Origin: Isurus oxyrinchus | Taxonomy: Eukaryota | Direction: 5' to 3' | Length of the DNA: 64,000 bases | Assembly (NCBI GenBank): GCA_026770705.1 | Contig: JANJGN010000150.1 | Location: forward strand, 620,001 to 684,000 | Part shown: one piece after another, positions 51,430 to 63,314 of the stretch | Layout of the letters: the number at the start of each line of letters is the position of its first letter | Position numbering within the stretch: position 1 is the stretch's first letter | Made by a program: the position numbers and the translations under genes | The notes under the pieces: model-generated | What the model saw: the letters and a program-made list of their open reading frames with translations, nothing else | Databases searched by the model: none | Told to the model about the DNA's origin: nothing

Positions 51430-52400
51430 ATCTCCTCCCCACTACACCTTTCACCCCTCATACTGTCCGTGTAAACCCCCGTCCCATCTCCAGCCTCTCT
51501 TTCCCCTCCAAAGTCCTTGAACGTGTTTCCATCTCCCGAATCCGTTCCCATCTTTCCCGGATCTCCATGTTTGAATCCCTCCAATCAGGTTCCCACCCCA
51601 GCCACTGTGCTGAAACAGCTCTTATCAAGGTCACAAATGGCATCCTGTGTGACTGTGACAAAGGTCAACTTTCCCTCCTCGTCCTTCTCGATCTGTCTGC
51701 AGCCTTTGACACGCTCGACCACACCATCCTCCTCAAACACCTCTCCACTGTCGTCCAGCTGGGTGGGACTGCTCTCCCCTGGCTCCATTCTTATCCATCT
51801 CATCGTAGCCAGAGAATCACTTGCAATGGCTTTGCAGCATCATCTGAACAGTTTTAGTTTTCACCTGTCCACTGAGGATCCCCAGCTCTACCTCACCACC
51901 ACCTCTCTCGACTCCGCCACTGCTGCTAAATTATCAGGCTGCTTATCCGACATCCAGTACTGGATGGGCAGAAATTCCCTCCAATTAAATATTGGAAAGA
52001 CTGAAGCCATTGTCTTCATTCCCCGCTCCAAACTCTGTTCCCTCGCTACCAACTCCATTCCTCTCCCTGGCAGCTCTCTGAGATTGAAGCCAATCTGTTC
52101 ACAGCTTTGTTGTCCCATTTGATCCTGAGATGAGCTTCCGGCCTCATATCTGCGCCCTCACTAACACCGTCTATTTCCACCTCCGTAACATTGTACGACG
52201 TCACCCTGTCTCAGCTCATCTGCTGCTGAAACCCTCATCCACACCTTCATTACCTCCAGACTCGACTGTTCCAACGCACGCTCTACACTCCATAAACTTG
52301 AGGCCATCCAAAACTGCTGACCACGTCCTTACTCACACCAAGTCCCGAGACTGGTTCCTGGTCAAGCAAAGTCTCAATGTCACAATTTTTGAATATTTTT
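51430..52400 (+). mobile_element. L2-clade LINE RT fragment (shorter copy at 37680-37875)
   Basis: QSG..P.H.AETALIKVTN...LLVLLDLSAAFDTLDH and LQLNIGKTE motifs. Confidence 0.85.
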
Positions 52401-52449
52401 CCTCCCTATTACAGTAATCTCCTCCTCTTCCTTCATCCACGGCAACATT

Positions 52450-53585
52450 CCCTATCTCAGGAGTCTCCTCCTGTCCCTACAACCCTCCCTATCTCAGGAG
52501 CCTCCTCCAGTCCCTACAACCCTCCCTATTTCAGGAGCCTCCTCCAGTCCCTACAACCCTCCCTATCTCAGGAGCCTCCTCCAGTCCCTACAACCCTCCC
52601 TATTTCAGGAGCCTCCTCCAGTCCCTACAACCCTCCCTATCTCAGGAGCCTCTTCCAGTCCCTACAACCCTCCCTATCTCAGGAGTCTCCTCCAGTCCCT
52701 ACAACCCTCCCTATCTCAGGAGCCTCCTCCAGTCCCTACAACCCTCCCTATCTCAGGAGACTCCTCCAGTCTCTACAACCCTCCTATCTCAGTACCTTCT
52801 TCCAATCCCGAAAACCATTCCTATCACTGCAAACTCCTCCGGACCCAACACCCCTCCCTATCTCTTTAACCTCCTCAAGCCCCGATAACCCTCGCGATAT
52901 TTGTAGCCTCCTTCAGTCCTAACAACCTCCCCTATCTCTGCAACCTCCTCCAGACCGAATACCTCTCCCTATCTCTGTAAGCTGCTCCATCTCTTACAAC
53001 CCTTCATATTTCTGTAACCTCATCCAGCCCACTACAACCCTCCCTATCTCTGTAACCTCCTCCAGTCCTTAAAAGCTTCCATTATCTCTGTAACCTCCTC
53101 CAGCCATTATAACCCTCCCTATCTCTGTAGCCTCCCTCAGCCCCAGCCACACTCCATATCTATGTAACCTCGTCCTGCCCCTACAACCCTCCCTATCTCT
53201 GTAACCCCATCCTGCCCCAAAAACTCCCCCATCTCTGTAAACTCCTCCAGTCCCTGCAACCTTCCCTACCTCTGAAACCTCCACCAGCCTTTCCAACCCT
53301 CTCTACCTCTGCAATCCGTCCAGCCCCTACAACTCTTCCTATCCCTGTAAACTCCTCCTGCCCCTAAAACCCTCTCTGCCCTTGCAGCCTCCTCCAGTCC
53401 CTACACGCTCCCCATCTCCATAAACTCCTCAAGTCCATACAGTCCTCCCTATCTCTGCAACCTCCTCCAGGTCCTACCACCCTCCCTATCTGCGTAACCT
53501 CCTCCAGTATCTACAGCCCTCCCTATCTCTGTTACCTCCTCCAGCACCCACAAACCTCCCTATCTGTGTAACCTCCTCCAGCCCC
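52450..53585. repeat. 37-bp minisatellite following an L2 fragment
   Basis: Same unit, including a TCTCAGGAGCCTCC variant subarray. Confidence 0.9.
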
Positions 53586-54553
53586 TGATGGAAGGTGGGT
53601 CGAGCGGGTCAGTCACTTGCATGTTTATTCTGCAGCTTTAATATTTTAAGAAGGTAAGAATGTAGGAACATAAGAAATAGGGACAGGAGCAGGCCGTTCG
53701 GCCCCTCGAGCCTGCTCTCACTGATCTGGTTGTGGCCTTAACTCCATTTTCCTGCCTGTCCCCCAAACCCTTGACTCCCTTGTCGATCAAAAACCTGCCT
53801 CACTCAGCCTTGAGTCTATTCAATGGCCCAGCCTCCACTGCTCTCTGGGGAAGAGAATTCCACAGGCTAGCACCCCTCTGAGAGAGGAAATTCCTCCTCA
53901 TCTCAGTCTTAAATGGGGGAGCCCTCATTCCGAAACTGTGCTCCCTGGTTCTAGATTCCCCCACAAGGGGGAAACATCCTCCCAGCATCCACCCTGTCAA
54001 GCCCCCTCGGAATCGGATATGTTTCAATAAGGTCACCCCTCATTCTTCTAAACTCCAATGGATACAGGCCCAACCTGCTCAACATTTCCTCACAGGACAA
54101 ACCCTTTGATCCCAGGAATCAGCCCAGTGAAGCTTTTCTGAACTGCCTTCAATGCAACTCTATCCCTCCATAAGTAAGGAGACCAGAACTGTACACACTG
54201 CTCCTGATACAATCTCACCAACACCCTGTGCAGCTGTTGCAAGTCTTCCCTCCTTTTATACTCCATCCCTTTGCAATGAAGGCCAACATTCCACTTGCCT
54301 TCCTCATTCCGTGGTGATCCTGAATGCTGACTTTCTGTGATTCATGTACAAGGACACCCAGATCCCTCTGTACTGCATTCTGCAGCCTGTCTCCATTTAA
54401 ATAATATTCTGCTTTTCTATTCTTCCTGCCAAAATAATTTGTTGCCATTTTCCTCAGTATTGACCATCCCCCCAATTCAGCCTCATCTGTAAATTTTGAG
54501 TCTAGTGGATCCACAAACCATCCAGAGTTAAATATTGATATTTCTCTCCCCAG

Positions 54554-54922
54554 CTGAACCCTCACAAGAGTGGAAAGGTGACACTCCACGAGAGGTGACA
54601 GCGCAGGAAGGTTCGTGTGTACAGATTCCATGTCATTACAGTTATCCATCGTGTCTGGAAAACCAACCGCGAGGTGGAGTCTGGTTTAATAATGAGAAAC
54701 AGATTCCCTGGGCTCCCATTGCCTTTCACTCCAAGGATCACAGTCACGAGTTACCACGGTTCCACCATCGGACCCGGCTGTCTGGAGACCTGAAAGATGG
54801 CGACTGTTCTCTGATTATAAACAACATCAGACGGGAAGATGCAGGACCTTATTTTTTCAGAATAGAATTTGACAATGGTCCGAGCCATAACTATTACCCT
54901 GTAACCCAGCTTCACATTTCTG
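54554..54922 (+). CDS. Gene C V-set exon V2
   Basis: 369 nt, phase 1-1. YFFR retained, extra Cys in YPSC. Confidence 0.92.
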
Positions 54923-55626
54923 GTAAGTGCTGTGTTATAATTACTCAACAATTCACATTCAACACTCAATGGGAAATAACACAAACTCTGACGTTTACAT
55001 ATTAACACAAAACACAGTTTATTATAACACACTGTCTGATTCTCAATAACATGGTGATAGTTTCCAGTTCAGTCCTAAAGCAACCTCTAATACTCACTTT
55101 AATATCAATGATTAAATGTATTGACTGTGTCCATCAATGTTATCAGGTTATCCACTCCCATCGATCTCCCTAACCCTGTTTCGAAGTCTGACATAGCGAC
55201 AGAAGAAAGATTCACATTTCTCTAGCACCTTTCACCATCTCAGCACGGACCAAATCACTTCACAGCCAATGAGCTGATTCCTGAATTGTAGTTACTGTTG
55301 TAATGTGAGAAACACAGCAGCCAATTTGCGCACAGCAATCTCCCACAAATTGCAAAGTAATAAATGGCCCAGATCGCTGAGTGAATGATGGGGTAGTGCA
55401 CTCCAAACTCTGGTCTGCTCCTCCACCCTCACCCACTATTATCAGTTCAAGTGTCTCAGAGTGAACATGTATTAACATGTACGGACATCCTGCATTAGCC
55501 ATTATAGTCCACATGTTACACAGCAAAAACCCATAAAATACAGTTTGTTTAACAACAGATCATCTGCTTTTATTGATAAAAATTCACCTCTGACATTGCA
55601 GAGCAACTTCCTGCTGACCCCCCGAC

Positions 55627-57392
55627 ANNNNNNNNNNNNNNNNNNNNNNNNNNNNNNNNNNNNNNNNNNNNNNNNNNNNNNNNNNNNNNNNNNNNNNNNN
55701 NNNNNNNNNNNNNNNNNNNNNNNNNNNNNNNNNNNNNNNNNNNNNNNNNNNNNNNNNNNNNNNNNNNNNNNNNNNNNNNNNNNNNNNNNNNNNNNNNNNN
55801 NNNNNNNNNNNNNNNNNNNNNNNNNAGANNNNNNNNNNNNNNNNNNNNNNNNNNNNNNNNNNNNNNNNNNNNNNNNNNNNNNNNNNNNNNNNNNNNNNNN
55901 NNNNNNNNNNNNNNNNNNNNNNNNNNNNNNNNNNNNNNNNNNNNNNNNNNNNNNNNNNNNNNNNNNNNNNNNNNNNNNNNNNNNNNNNNNNNNNNNNNNN
56001 NNNNNNNNNNNNNNNNNNNNNNNNNNNNNNNNNNNNNNNNNNNNNNNNNNNNNNNNNNNNNNNNNNNNNNNNNNNNNNNNNNNNNNNNNNNNNNNNNNNN
56101 NNNNNNNNNNNNNNNNNNNNNNNNNNNNNNNNNNNNNNNNNNNNNNNNNNNNNNNNNNNNNNNNNNNNNNNNNNNNNNNNNNNNNNNNNNNNNNNNNNNN
56201 NNNNNNNNNNNNNNNNNNNNNNNNNNNNNNNNNNNNNNNNNNNNNNNNNNNNNNNNNNNNNNNNNNNNNNNNNNNNNNNNNNNNNNNNNNNNNNNNNNNN
56301 NNNNNNNNNNNNNNNNNNNNNNNNNNNNNNNNNNNNNNNNNNNNNNNNNNNNNNNNNNNNNNNNNNNAGANNNNNNNNNNNNNNNNNNNNNNNNNNNNNN
56401 NNNNNNNNNNNNNNNNNNNNNNNNNNNNNNNNNNNNNNNNNNNNNNNNNNNNNNNNNNNNNNNNNNNNNNNNNNNNNNNNNNNNNNNNNNNNNNNNNNNN
56501 NNNNNNNNNNNNNNNNNNNNNNNNNNNNNNNNNNNNNNNNNNNNNNNNNNNNNNNNNNNNNNNNNNNNNNNNNNNNNNNNNNNNNNNNNNNNNNNNNNNN
56601 NNNNNNNNNNNNNNNNNNNNNNNNNNNNNNNNNNNNNNNNNNNNNNNNNNNNNNNNNNNNNNNNNNNNNNNNNNNNNNNNNNNNNNNNNNNNNNNNNNNN
56701 NNNNNNNNNNNNNNNNNNNNNNNNNNNNNNNNNNNNNNNNNNNNNNNNNNNNNNNNNNNNNNNNNNNNNNNNNNNNNNNNNNNNNNNNNNNNNNNNNNNN
56801 NNNNNNNNNNNNNNNNNNNNNNNNNNNNNNNNNNNNNNNNNNNNNNNNNNNNNNNNNNNNNNNNNNNNNNNNNNNNNNNNNNNNNNNNNNNNNNNNNNNN
56901 NNNNNNNNNNNNNNNNNNNNNNNNNNNNNNNNNNNNNNNNNNNNNNNNNNNNNNNNNNNNNNNNNNNNNNNNNNNNNNNNNNNNNNNNNNNNNNNNNNNN
57001 NNNNNNNNNNNNNNNNNNNNNNNNNNNNNNNNNNNNNNNNNNNNNNNNNNNNNNNNNNNNNNNNNNNNNNNNNNNNNNNNNNNNNNNNNNNNNNNNNNNN
57101 NNNNNNNNNNNNNNAAACACAGACGCGCACACGCACACACACACACACACAACACAGAGAGGCACACACACACATACACACTNNNNNNNNNNNNNNNNNN
57201 NNNNNNNNNNNNNNNNNNNNNNNNNNNNNNNNNNNNNNNNNNNNNNNNNNNNNNNNNNNNNNNNNNNNNNNNNNNNNNNNNNNNNNNNNNNNNNNNNNNN
57301 NNNNNNNNNNNNNNNNNNNNNNNNNNNNNNNNNNNNNNNNNNNNNNNNNNNNNNNNNNNNNNNNNNNNNNNNNNNNNNNNNNNNNNNNNNNN
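55627..57392. other. Undetermined (N) sequence flanked by CA-rich microsatellite
   Basis: N runs with tiny called islands. Smaller N runs at 11403-11533 and 27847-28027 sit in low-complexity tracts. Confidence 0.95.
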
Positions 57393-57639
57393 ACGTACAC
57401 AGACGCACACACACACCTAGACACAGAGACACACACACACACACATACAGACACACACACAGGCATACACACACAAACAGACAGAGACGCGCACACACAC
57501 ATACACACATACATTTCCTGATATCTCAGTTCCACACTGGATCACTCTGGATCACTGTCCTGGTTTTTGGGCTGTGTTGAAACATTCAGTTTGGACTCTC
57601 TTTAAAACCGATCTCTTTGACAAAGCTTTTGGTGAAACA

Positions 57640-58520
57640 AACATACGAACACAGGAATGAGGAGCAGGAGGAGGCCACTCAGCCCCTCGAGCCTGTTCCG
57701 CCTTTCCATAAGGTCATGGATGACCTGATTGTAACCTCCACCCCACATTCCCTGCTCACCCTTGATGACCTATCACCCCTTTGTGAATCAAGAACCTATC
57801 GAGCTGCGCCTTAAAAATATTCAAAGACTCTGTTTCCTGCCTTTTCAGGAAGAGTTCCAAAGCCTCACGACCCTCTGAGAGGAAACATTTTCTCCTCATC
57901 TCTGTCATAAATGATCAAACCCTTATTTTTAATCAGTGACGCCTAGTTCTAGCTTCTTCCACAAGAGGAAACATCCTCCCGACATCCACCCTGTCAAGGC
58001 CCCTCAGGATCTTAAATCTCTCAATCAGGTCTCCCCTTCCTCTTCTAAATTCCAGTGGATACAAGTCTAACTTGTCCAGCCCGTCCTCATAAGACAACCC
58101 GCCCATTCCTGGTGTTGGTCCAATAAACCTTCTCTGAACTGCTCCTGATGCATTTACACCTTTCCCTAAATAAGGAGGCCAATACTGAACACAAAGCTCC
58201 AGATGTGGTCTCCCCAGCCCCCTGTATAACTGAAGTGTAACCTCCCTACGTTTGGATTCAATGCCCCTCACAGTAAATCATAACATTCTATTCGCTTTCC
58301 GAATTACCTGCTGTTCCTGCACACTAACCTTTTGTGATTCATGCACTAGGACACCCAGATCCCTCTGAATCTCAGAGCTCTGCAATCTCTCACCATTGAG
58401 ATAATAAGCTACTTTTTTATTCTCCCTGTCAAAATGGACAATTTCACATTTCCCCACATTGTGCACTTTTTGCCCATTCACTTAACCTCTCTCTGTCAAT
58501 TTGTAGCCTCCTTACACCCT
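57640..58520 (-). mobile_element. CR1 LINE 3' fragment
   Basis: RPHLELCVQYWPP...RRGRGDLIERFKIL. Other fragments at about 2380-2990, 7580-7860 and 13855-14740. Confidence 0.85.
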
Positions 58521-59191
58521 CTTCACAAGGTCATCTGTCCCTGACATCACCTCATGTGACTCAGGGTCTTGACAGGTTTTAGTCAACAGTAAACAGGCAG
58601 AAATTGGAGATTGATTAATATTCATATATTTCATTGATAACATTATCAATAAATGATGCATTGAAAAGGGTGACCTGTATTTATTGAATGATCAGATCGT
58701 CCCGAAACACTTTACAGTCAACGATATATGTTTGAAGCAATGTCATGTTGTAATGTAGGAAACACGGCACCAACCTGTGCACAGCAAGATCCCACAAAGC
58801 AAGGTGACAGTGATCTGATAATGTATTATTTTAGTGATGTTGGTTGATACGTATATAGAGATCACATGTATAGGGTGGGTCACTAATGTCCCTTTAGGGA
58901 GGGAAACCTGTCCATTTTAACTGGTCTGGGTGTGTATGTGACTCCAGTCTGTAACACCAACATGGTTAACTCTTACCTGCCCTCTGAACTGGTCTCCCAG
59001 TTTGGGACAAACCAGTGGTTCAGGAGGAAGACCCCCCCACCACCTTCTCAAGGGGAAACTAGGGATGGACAATAAATGTCAGCATTGCCCGAGAATGAGT
59101 ATTTAAACACTGAGTGAGTGTATCGCTTCTCGAGATACATCGGAGCATCATTGTAAACCTGTAGTGCAGTAATTAATGGCTGTTTTTACAG

Positions 59192-59288
59192 GTAGAGACT
59201 CCAGTAAATGGACAGTAGGATTGTTCACGGCTGGGATCATGTTGAGTGTTTTCCTGGCTGGAATCTTCATCTTCATCTGTGTCAGAAA
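59192..59288 (+). CDS. Gene C transmembrane exon (uncharged)
   Basis: 97 nt, phase 1-2. RDSSKWTVGLFTAGIMLSVFLAGIFIFICVRK, donor GTAAGT. Confidence 0.88.
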
Positions 59289-60264
59289 GTAAGTCTGAAG
59301 ATTTAACTTGATTTTACTATAAGCATTTGCTTCAATGTTCTTTCCTTAAGTCGGTGATTGTTTCCCTTGGGATCAGCACCAATTCCCTCTCCGTAAGTGA
59401 TCCCTGTGTCCACTGTGATCCGGAGAGAACCTTTCATTGTCCTGTATCCAGGTAAACGATCACGAGACCCAGAGATTCCTCACTCTGCACGATTACTCCT
59501 GGATTGTATCAGGTCACCTTGTGATTCCACACAACCGGAGTGGTGGTTATAACCATCAGGAATGATTGAACAGTCGATTGGGCAGTGGGACTAATTGGAC
59601 AATTTTTACAAAGGGCCAGCACAGGCACGATGGGCTGAGTGGCTTCCTCCTGAGCTGTGAGATTTTAAATGCTTTCATTGAATGTGGCTGTCTCTGGTGA
59701 GGCCGCTATTAATTGCCCATCTCTAATTGCCCCTTGAGAAGGTGGTGGTGAGCTGCCTTCTTGACCCGCTGCAGTCCATGTGGTGTAGGTACACCCACAG
59801 TGCTGTTCGGGAGGGATTTCCAGGAGTTTGACTCAGCGACAGTGAAGGAACGGTGATATATTTCCAAGTCAGGATGGTGAGTGACTTGGAGGGGAACTTC
59901 CAGGTGGTGGTGTTCCCATGTGTCTGCTGCCCTTGTCCTTCTAGATGGTAGAGGTCGTGGGTTTGGAAGGTGCTGTCGAAGAAGCCTTGCTGAGTTGCTG
60001 CAGTGCATCTTGTAGATGGTACACACACTGCTGCCACTGTGTGTTCATGGTGGAGGGAGTGAATGTTTAATGTGGTGGATGGGGTGTAGATCAATCGGGC
60101 TGCTTTGTCCTGGATGGTGTCAAGCTTCTTAATTCTGTGCTTTGTGCAGAAGTGATTTAAAGAGACAGTCCAGTCGTTGGTGTAAGGTTACAGTGGGCTC
60201 TGTGTCTGTGCTGCACTGACTCTCTGCTATATGATAACCACAGTGTGATATTGTGTTATTGCAG

Positions 60265-60346
60265 GAGAAAGACAGCGATGGAGGAGAGAGTTTCAGGGAC
60301 CAGAGACATTGCATTGACCCCCAGTCCACTCTCTGTGAAACACCAG
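60265..60346 (+). CDS. Gene C cytoplasmic exon 1
   Basis: 82 nt, phase 2-0. RKTAMEERVSGTRDIALTPSPLSVKHQ. Confidence 0.82.
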
Positions 60347-61802
60347 GTACAGGAACTGTTTACACTCACTCCAAAGCTTCAATCTCAGTGTGTAGACAAC
60401 ACGTGTCCCAGATTCCCAGCCCAGTTACCCACTGATTTGTACCTGTGGAGTCAGCAATGGTTCAGTATCATGCTGTCTCTCTGTTATGACACAGCAACTG
60501 GTAAAGGCTGTTGTTTAAAATCCCAGAGGGAAACTTTAAACAACTGTCATAACCTATATTTCCCAGTGGAATGTTTGAGATGCAGCTCTAAATTCAGGAA
60601 TAAGACCACCAGTTCTCGAGATAGTTGTATATTAAACTACATGAGACATTTATTAATTTACACAAGTTAAACATATGCACATGGCTACAAACTAGTATTA
60701 TCATGACATTGTAACAAATTCTCCAGCTAACCTCCTCTAAGACAACCCATAGACTTTAAGCAGACACAAGGCAAAGCATTTTCACCTCACAAATTCCAAA
60801 TAATGTTCCTTTCACTTTGGATCCTTTGCAGACAGGTGTAGGCTTACAGCTGCTTTGATGTTACAAGCCTCTGCTCTGCACACACAAAACTGCTCAAGTT
60901 ATACCCAGTGCTTCTCTTTGAATGTAAATTCTCATTGTATCATCAGGACCTTTGAACTCCACCTCTTCTAACAATAAATCTGATTTCATAGTATCAATTT
61001 TATTAGTAATATAAACGTTGATTGATTTAAGATTTCACTCCCAGGCATTGAATGCTCTATTTAAAAATGCAAATTGCCTTTTTACCTCCCTGTTTACATC
61101 TCAAAATTACTTTATATCAAAGCACCCAATTAATCCAAATAAAACACACACAGACACATCCACAGATGAAACCTCTATTTTAACAAAAATAATTTCCAAA
61201 AACATGATATTCATTAATCGCATCATGACAGTCTCTGTCTCTATCCCTACGTCCCTTTCTTTCTCTCTCTCTCTCTCTCTCTCATCCTGTTGCTGATTAC
61301 TAGTTTCATGTTATTGAGCCTCACACCAGACACCTGAGTGCAGAATCCAATCTGTCACTCACCAGAGCCATTACCGAGGGAGTGCGGGACTGACAGCAGG
61401 TCAGTACTGAGGGAGTGCTGCACTGTCAGAGGGTCAGTACTGAGGGAGTGCTGCACTGTCAGAGGGTCAGTACTGAGGGAGTGCTGCACTGTCAGATGGT
61501 CAGTACTGAGGGAGTGCGAGACTGACAGAGGGTCAGTAATGAGGGAGTGTGAGACTGACAGAGGGTCAGTAATGAGGGAGTGTGAGACTGACAGAGGGTC
61601 ACTATTGAGGATGTGCTGCACAGTTGGGGGGGTCAGTACTGAGGGAGCACTGCACTGCCATAGGTGGTATCTTTCAGATGACATGAGAGAGAGGGTTAAA
61701 CCCACTGAGACAAGACTGACACTAATGAGGCTGCTCAATAATTTAACCCTATCAGTGCCAGTAAATGATGTGAAGATGGCTTCTGTTTCCATTTCTCTGT
61801 AG

Positions 61803-62051
61803 GGTAAACAGAACGTGCTGATTACTGAGCCCCGGAACACAACCAGAGACACAACTAGTGAGGGGGAGACCCCAGCTCCCCGGGGTCTCTCTGAAGGTGC
61901 AGTGGGAGGTGATGCTGGACATTGGCACATCGACAAACCTGAAGAGTTTCTCTACGCCAATCCCCAAGTTTTGAGGGTGTCCAGTGGTGATGGGTCTGTC
62001 CACAGAGAAGAGGAGACGGAATACGCACAGATCAGGTTCGAGCATAACTGA
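61803..62051 (+). CDS. Gene C terminal exon with FLYANP and TEYAQI (ITSM)
   Basis: Phase 0. GKQNVLITEPR...EEFLYANPQV...EEETEYAQIRFEHN*. TxYxxI as in the distal motif of CD33-related Siglecs. Confidence 0.85.
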   Translation, partial: GKQNVLITEPRNTTRDTTSEGETPAPRGLSEGAVGGDAGHWHIDKPEEFLYANPQVLRVSSGDGSVHREEETEYAQIRFEHN

Positions 62052-62251
62052 ATGAGAAACGGGGAGAGGGAGTGAGGAGGTATCAAGGTGGGGGTAGTGA
62101 TCGAGATTCCTGGGAACAGGAAACAACCCACTGGGGGAGAGGGGGAGAGAGGGAGGAAGGGATGGAATTGGGCTGCGGTTGGTGTGGTTTGGAATGAAAT
62201 GCTTTTCCAGAGAGGACTGGATGCTGAGCCATTGGGGACCGAGATTCACTG

Positions 62252-62284
<33 letters not shown>

Positions 62285-63232
62285 CCCTCCCTCTCTCGCT
62301 CTCTCTCTCTCCCTGTCTCTGTCTTTCTTTCTGTGTCTGTCTCTCATTCTCTATCTCCAGCTCCTCCTTTAAGATGCCCGTTAATAACTGACTTTGTTGA
62401 CTCAGCTGTTGGTCTCCTGTCCCTAATATCTCCTCATGTGCCTCAGAGTCAGGTGAAGATGGACTAACAATCCCCGGATGAGCCTTGGGACATTTTGCTA
62501 CATTGAAGGTGCTATATAAATGCAAGTAGTTGTAGTAACTCTGATCTGCTTCGATTAACAATGGAACCACAAAGGCTCCTTTGACAGGGCGTGTGTGCAG
62601 CAGGGTCACAATAAATACATTGATCTGTGTGATTTTTAATTCTTTCATCAAATGTGGCTGTCACTGGTGATGTCAGCGTTAATGCCCATCCCTAATTGCC
62701 CTTGAGAAGGTGGTGGCGAGCTGCCTTCTTGACCCGCTGCAGTCCATGTGGTGTAGGTACACCCACAGTGCTGTTAGGGAGGGAGCTCCAGGATTTTGAC
62801 CCAGCGACAGTGAAGGAACGGTGATATATTTCCAAGTCAGGATGGTGAGTGACTTGGAGGGGAACTTCCAGGTGGTGGTGTTCCCATGTGTCTGCTGCCC
62901 TTGTCCTTCTAGATGGTAGAGGTCGTGGGTTTGGAAGGTGCTGTTGAAGGAGCCTTGCTGAGTTGCTGCAGTGCATCTTGTAGATGGTACACACACTGCT
63001 GCCACTGTGTGTTCGTGGTGGAGGGAGTGAGTGTTTAATGTGGTGGATGGGGTGTAGATCAATCGGGCTGCTTTGTCCTGGATGGTGTCAAGCTTCTTGA
63101 TTCTGTGCTTTGTGCAGAAGTGATTTAAAGAGACAGTCCAGTCGTTGGTGTAAGGTTACAGTGGGCTCTGTTTCTGTGCTGCTCTGACTCTCAGCTATAT
63201 GATAACCACAGTGTGATATTGTGTTATTGCAG

Positions 63233-63314
63233 GAGAAAGACAGCAACGGAGGAGAGAGTTTCAGGGACCAGAGACATTGCATTGACTCCCAGTCCACTAT
63301 CTGTGAAGCACCAG
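63233..63314 (+). CDS. Second copy of gene C cytoplasmic exon 1 (next tail module, continues beyond the window)
   Basis: 82 nt, AG/GT intact. RKTATEERVSGTRDIALTPSPLSVKHQ. Confidence 0.65.

Noticed and set aside
55502-57535. 600-680 aa ORFs in the track
   Set aside because: Artefacts of N runs and CA microsatellite.
61330-61400. Possible extra cytoplasmic exon after CACACCAG (also at 25800-25860 and 28885-28945)
   Set aside because: The available GT donors lie in the satellite and give phases incompatible with the flanking phase-0 exons.
6610-62051. Assigning symbols such as CD22, MAG, SIGLEC15 or SIGLEC12
   Set aside because: Domain count and tails match none one-to-one. Orthology needs phylogeny and synteny.
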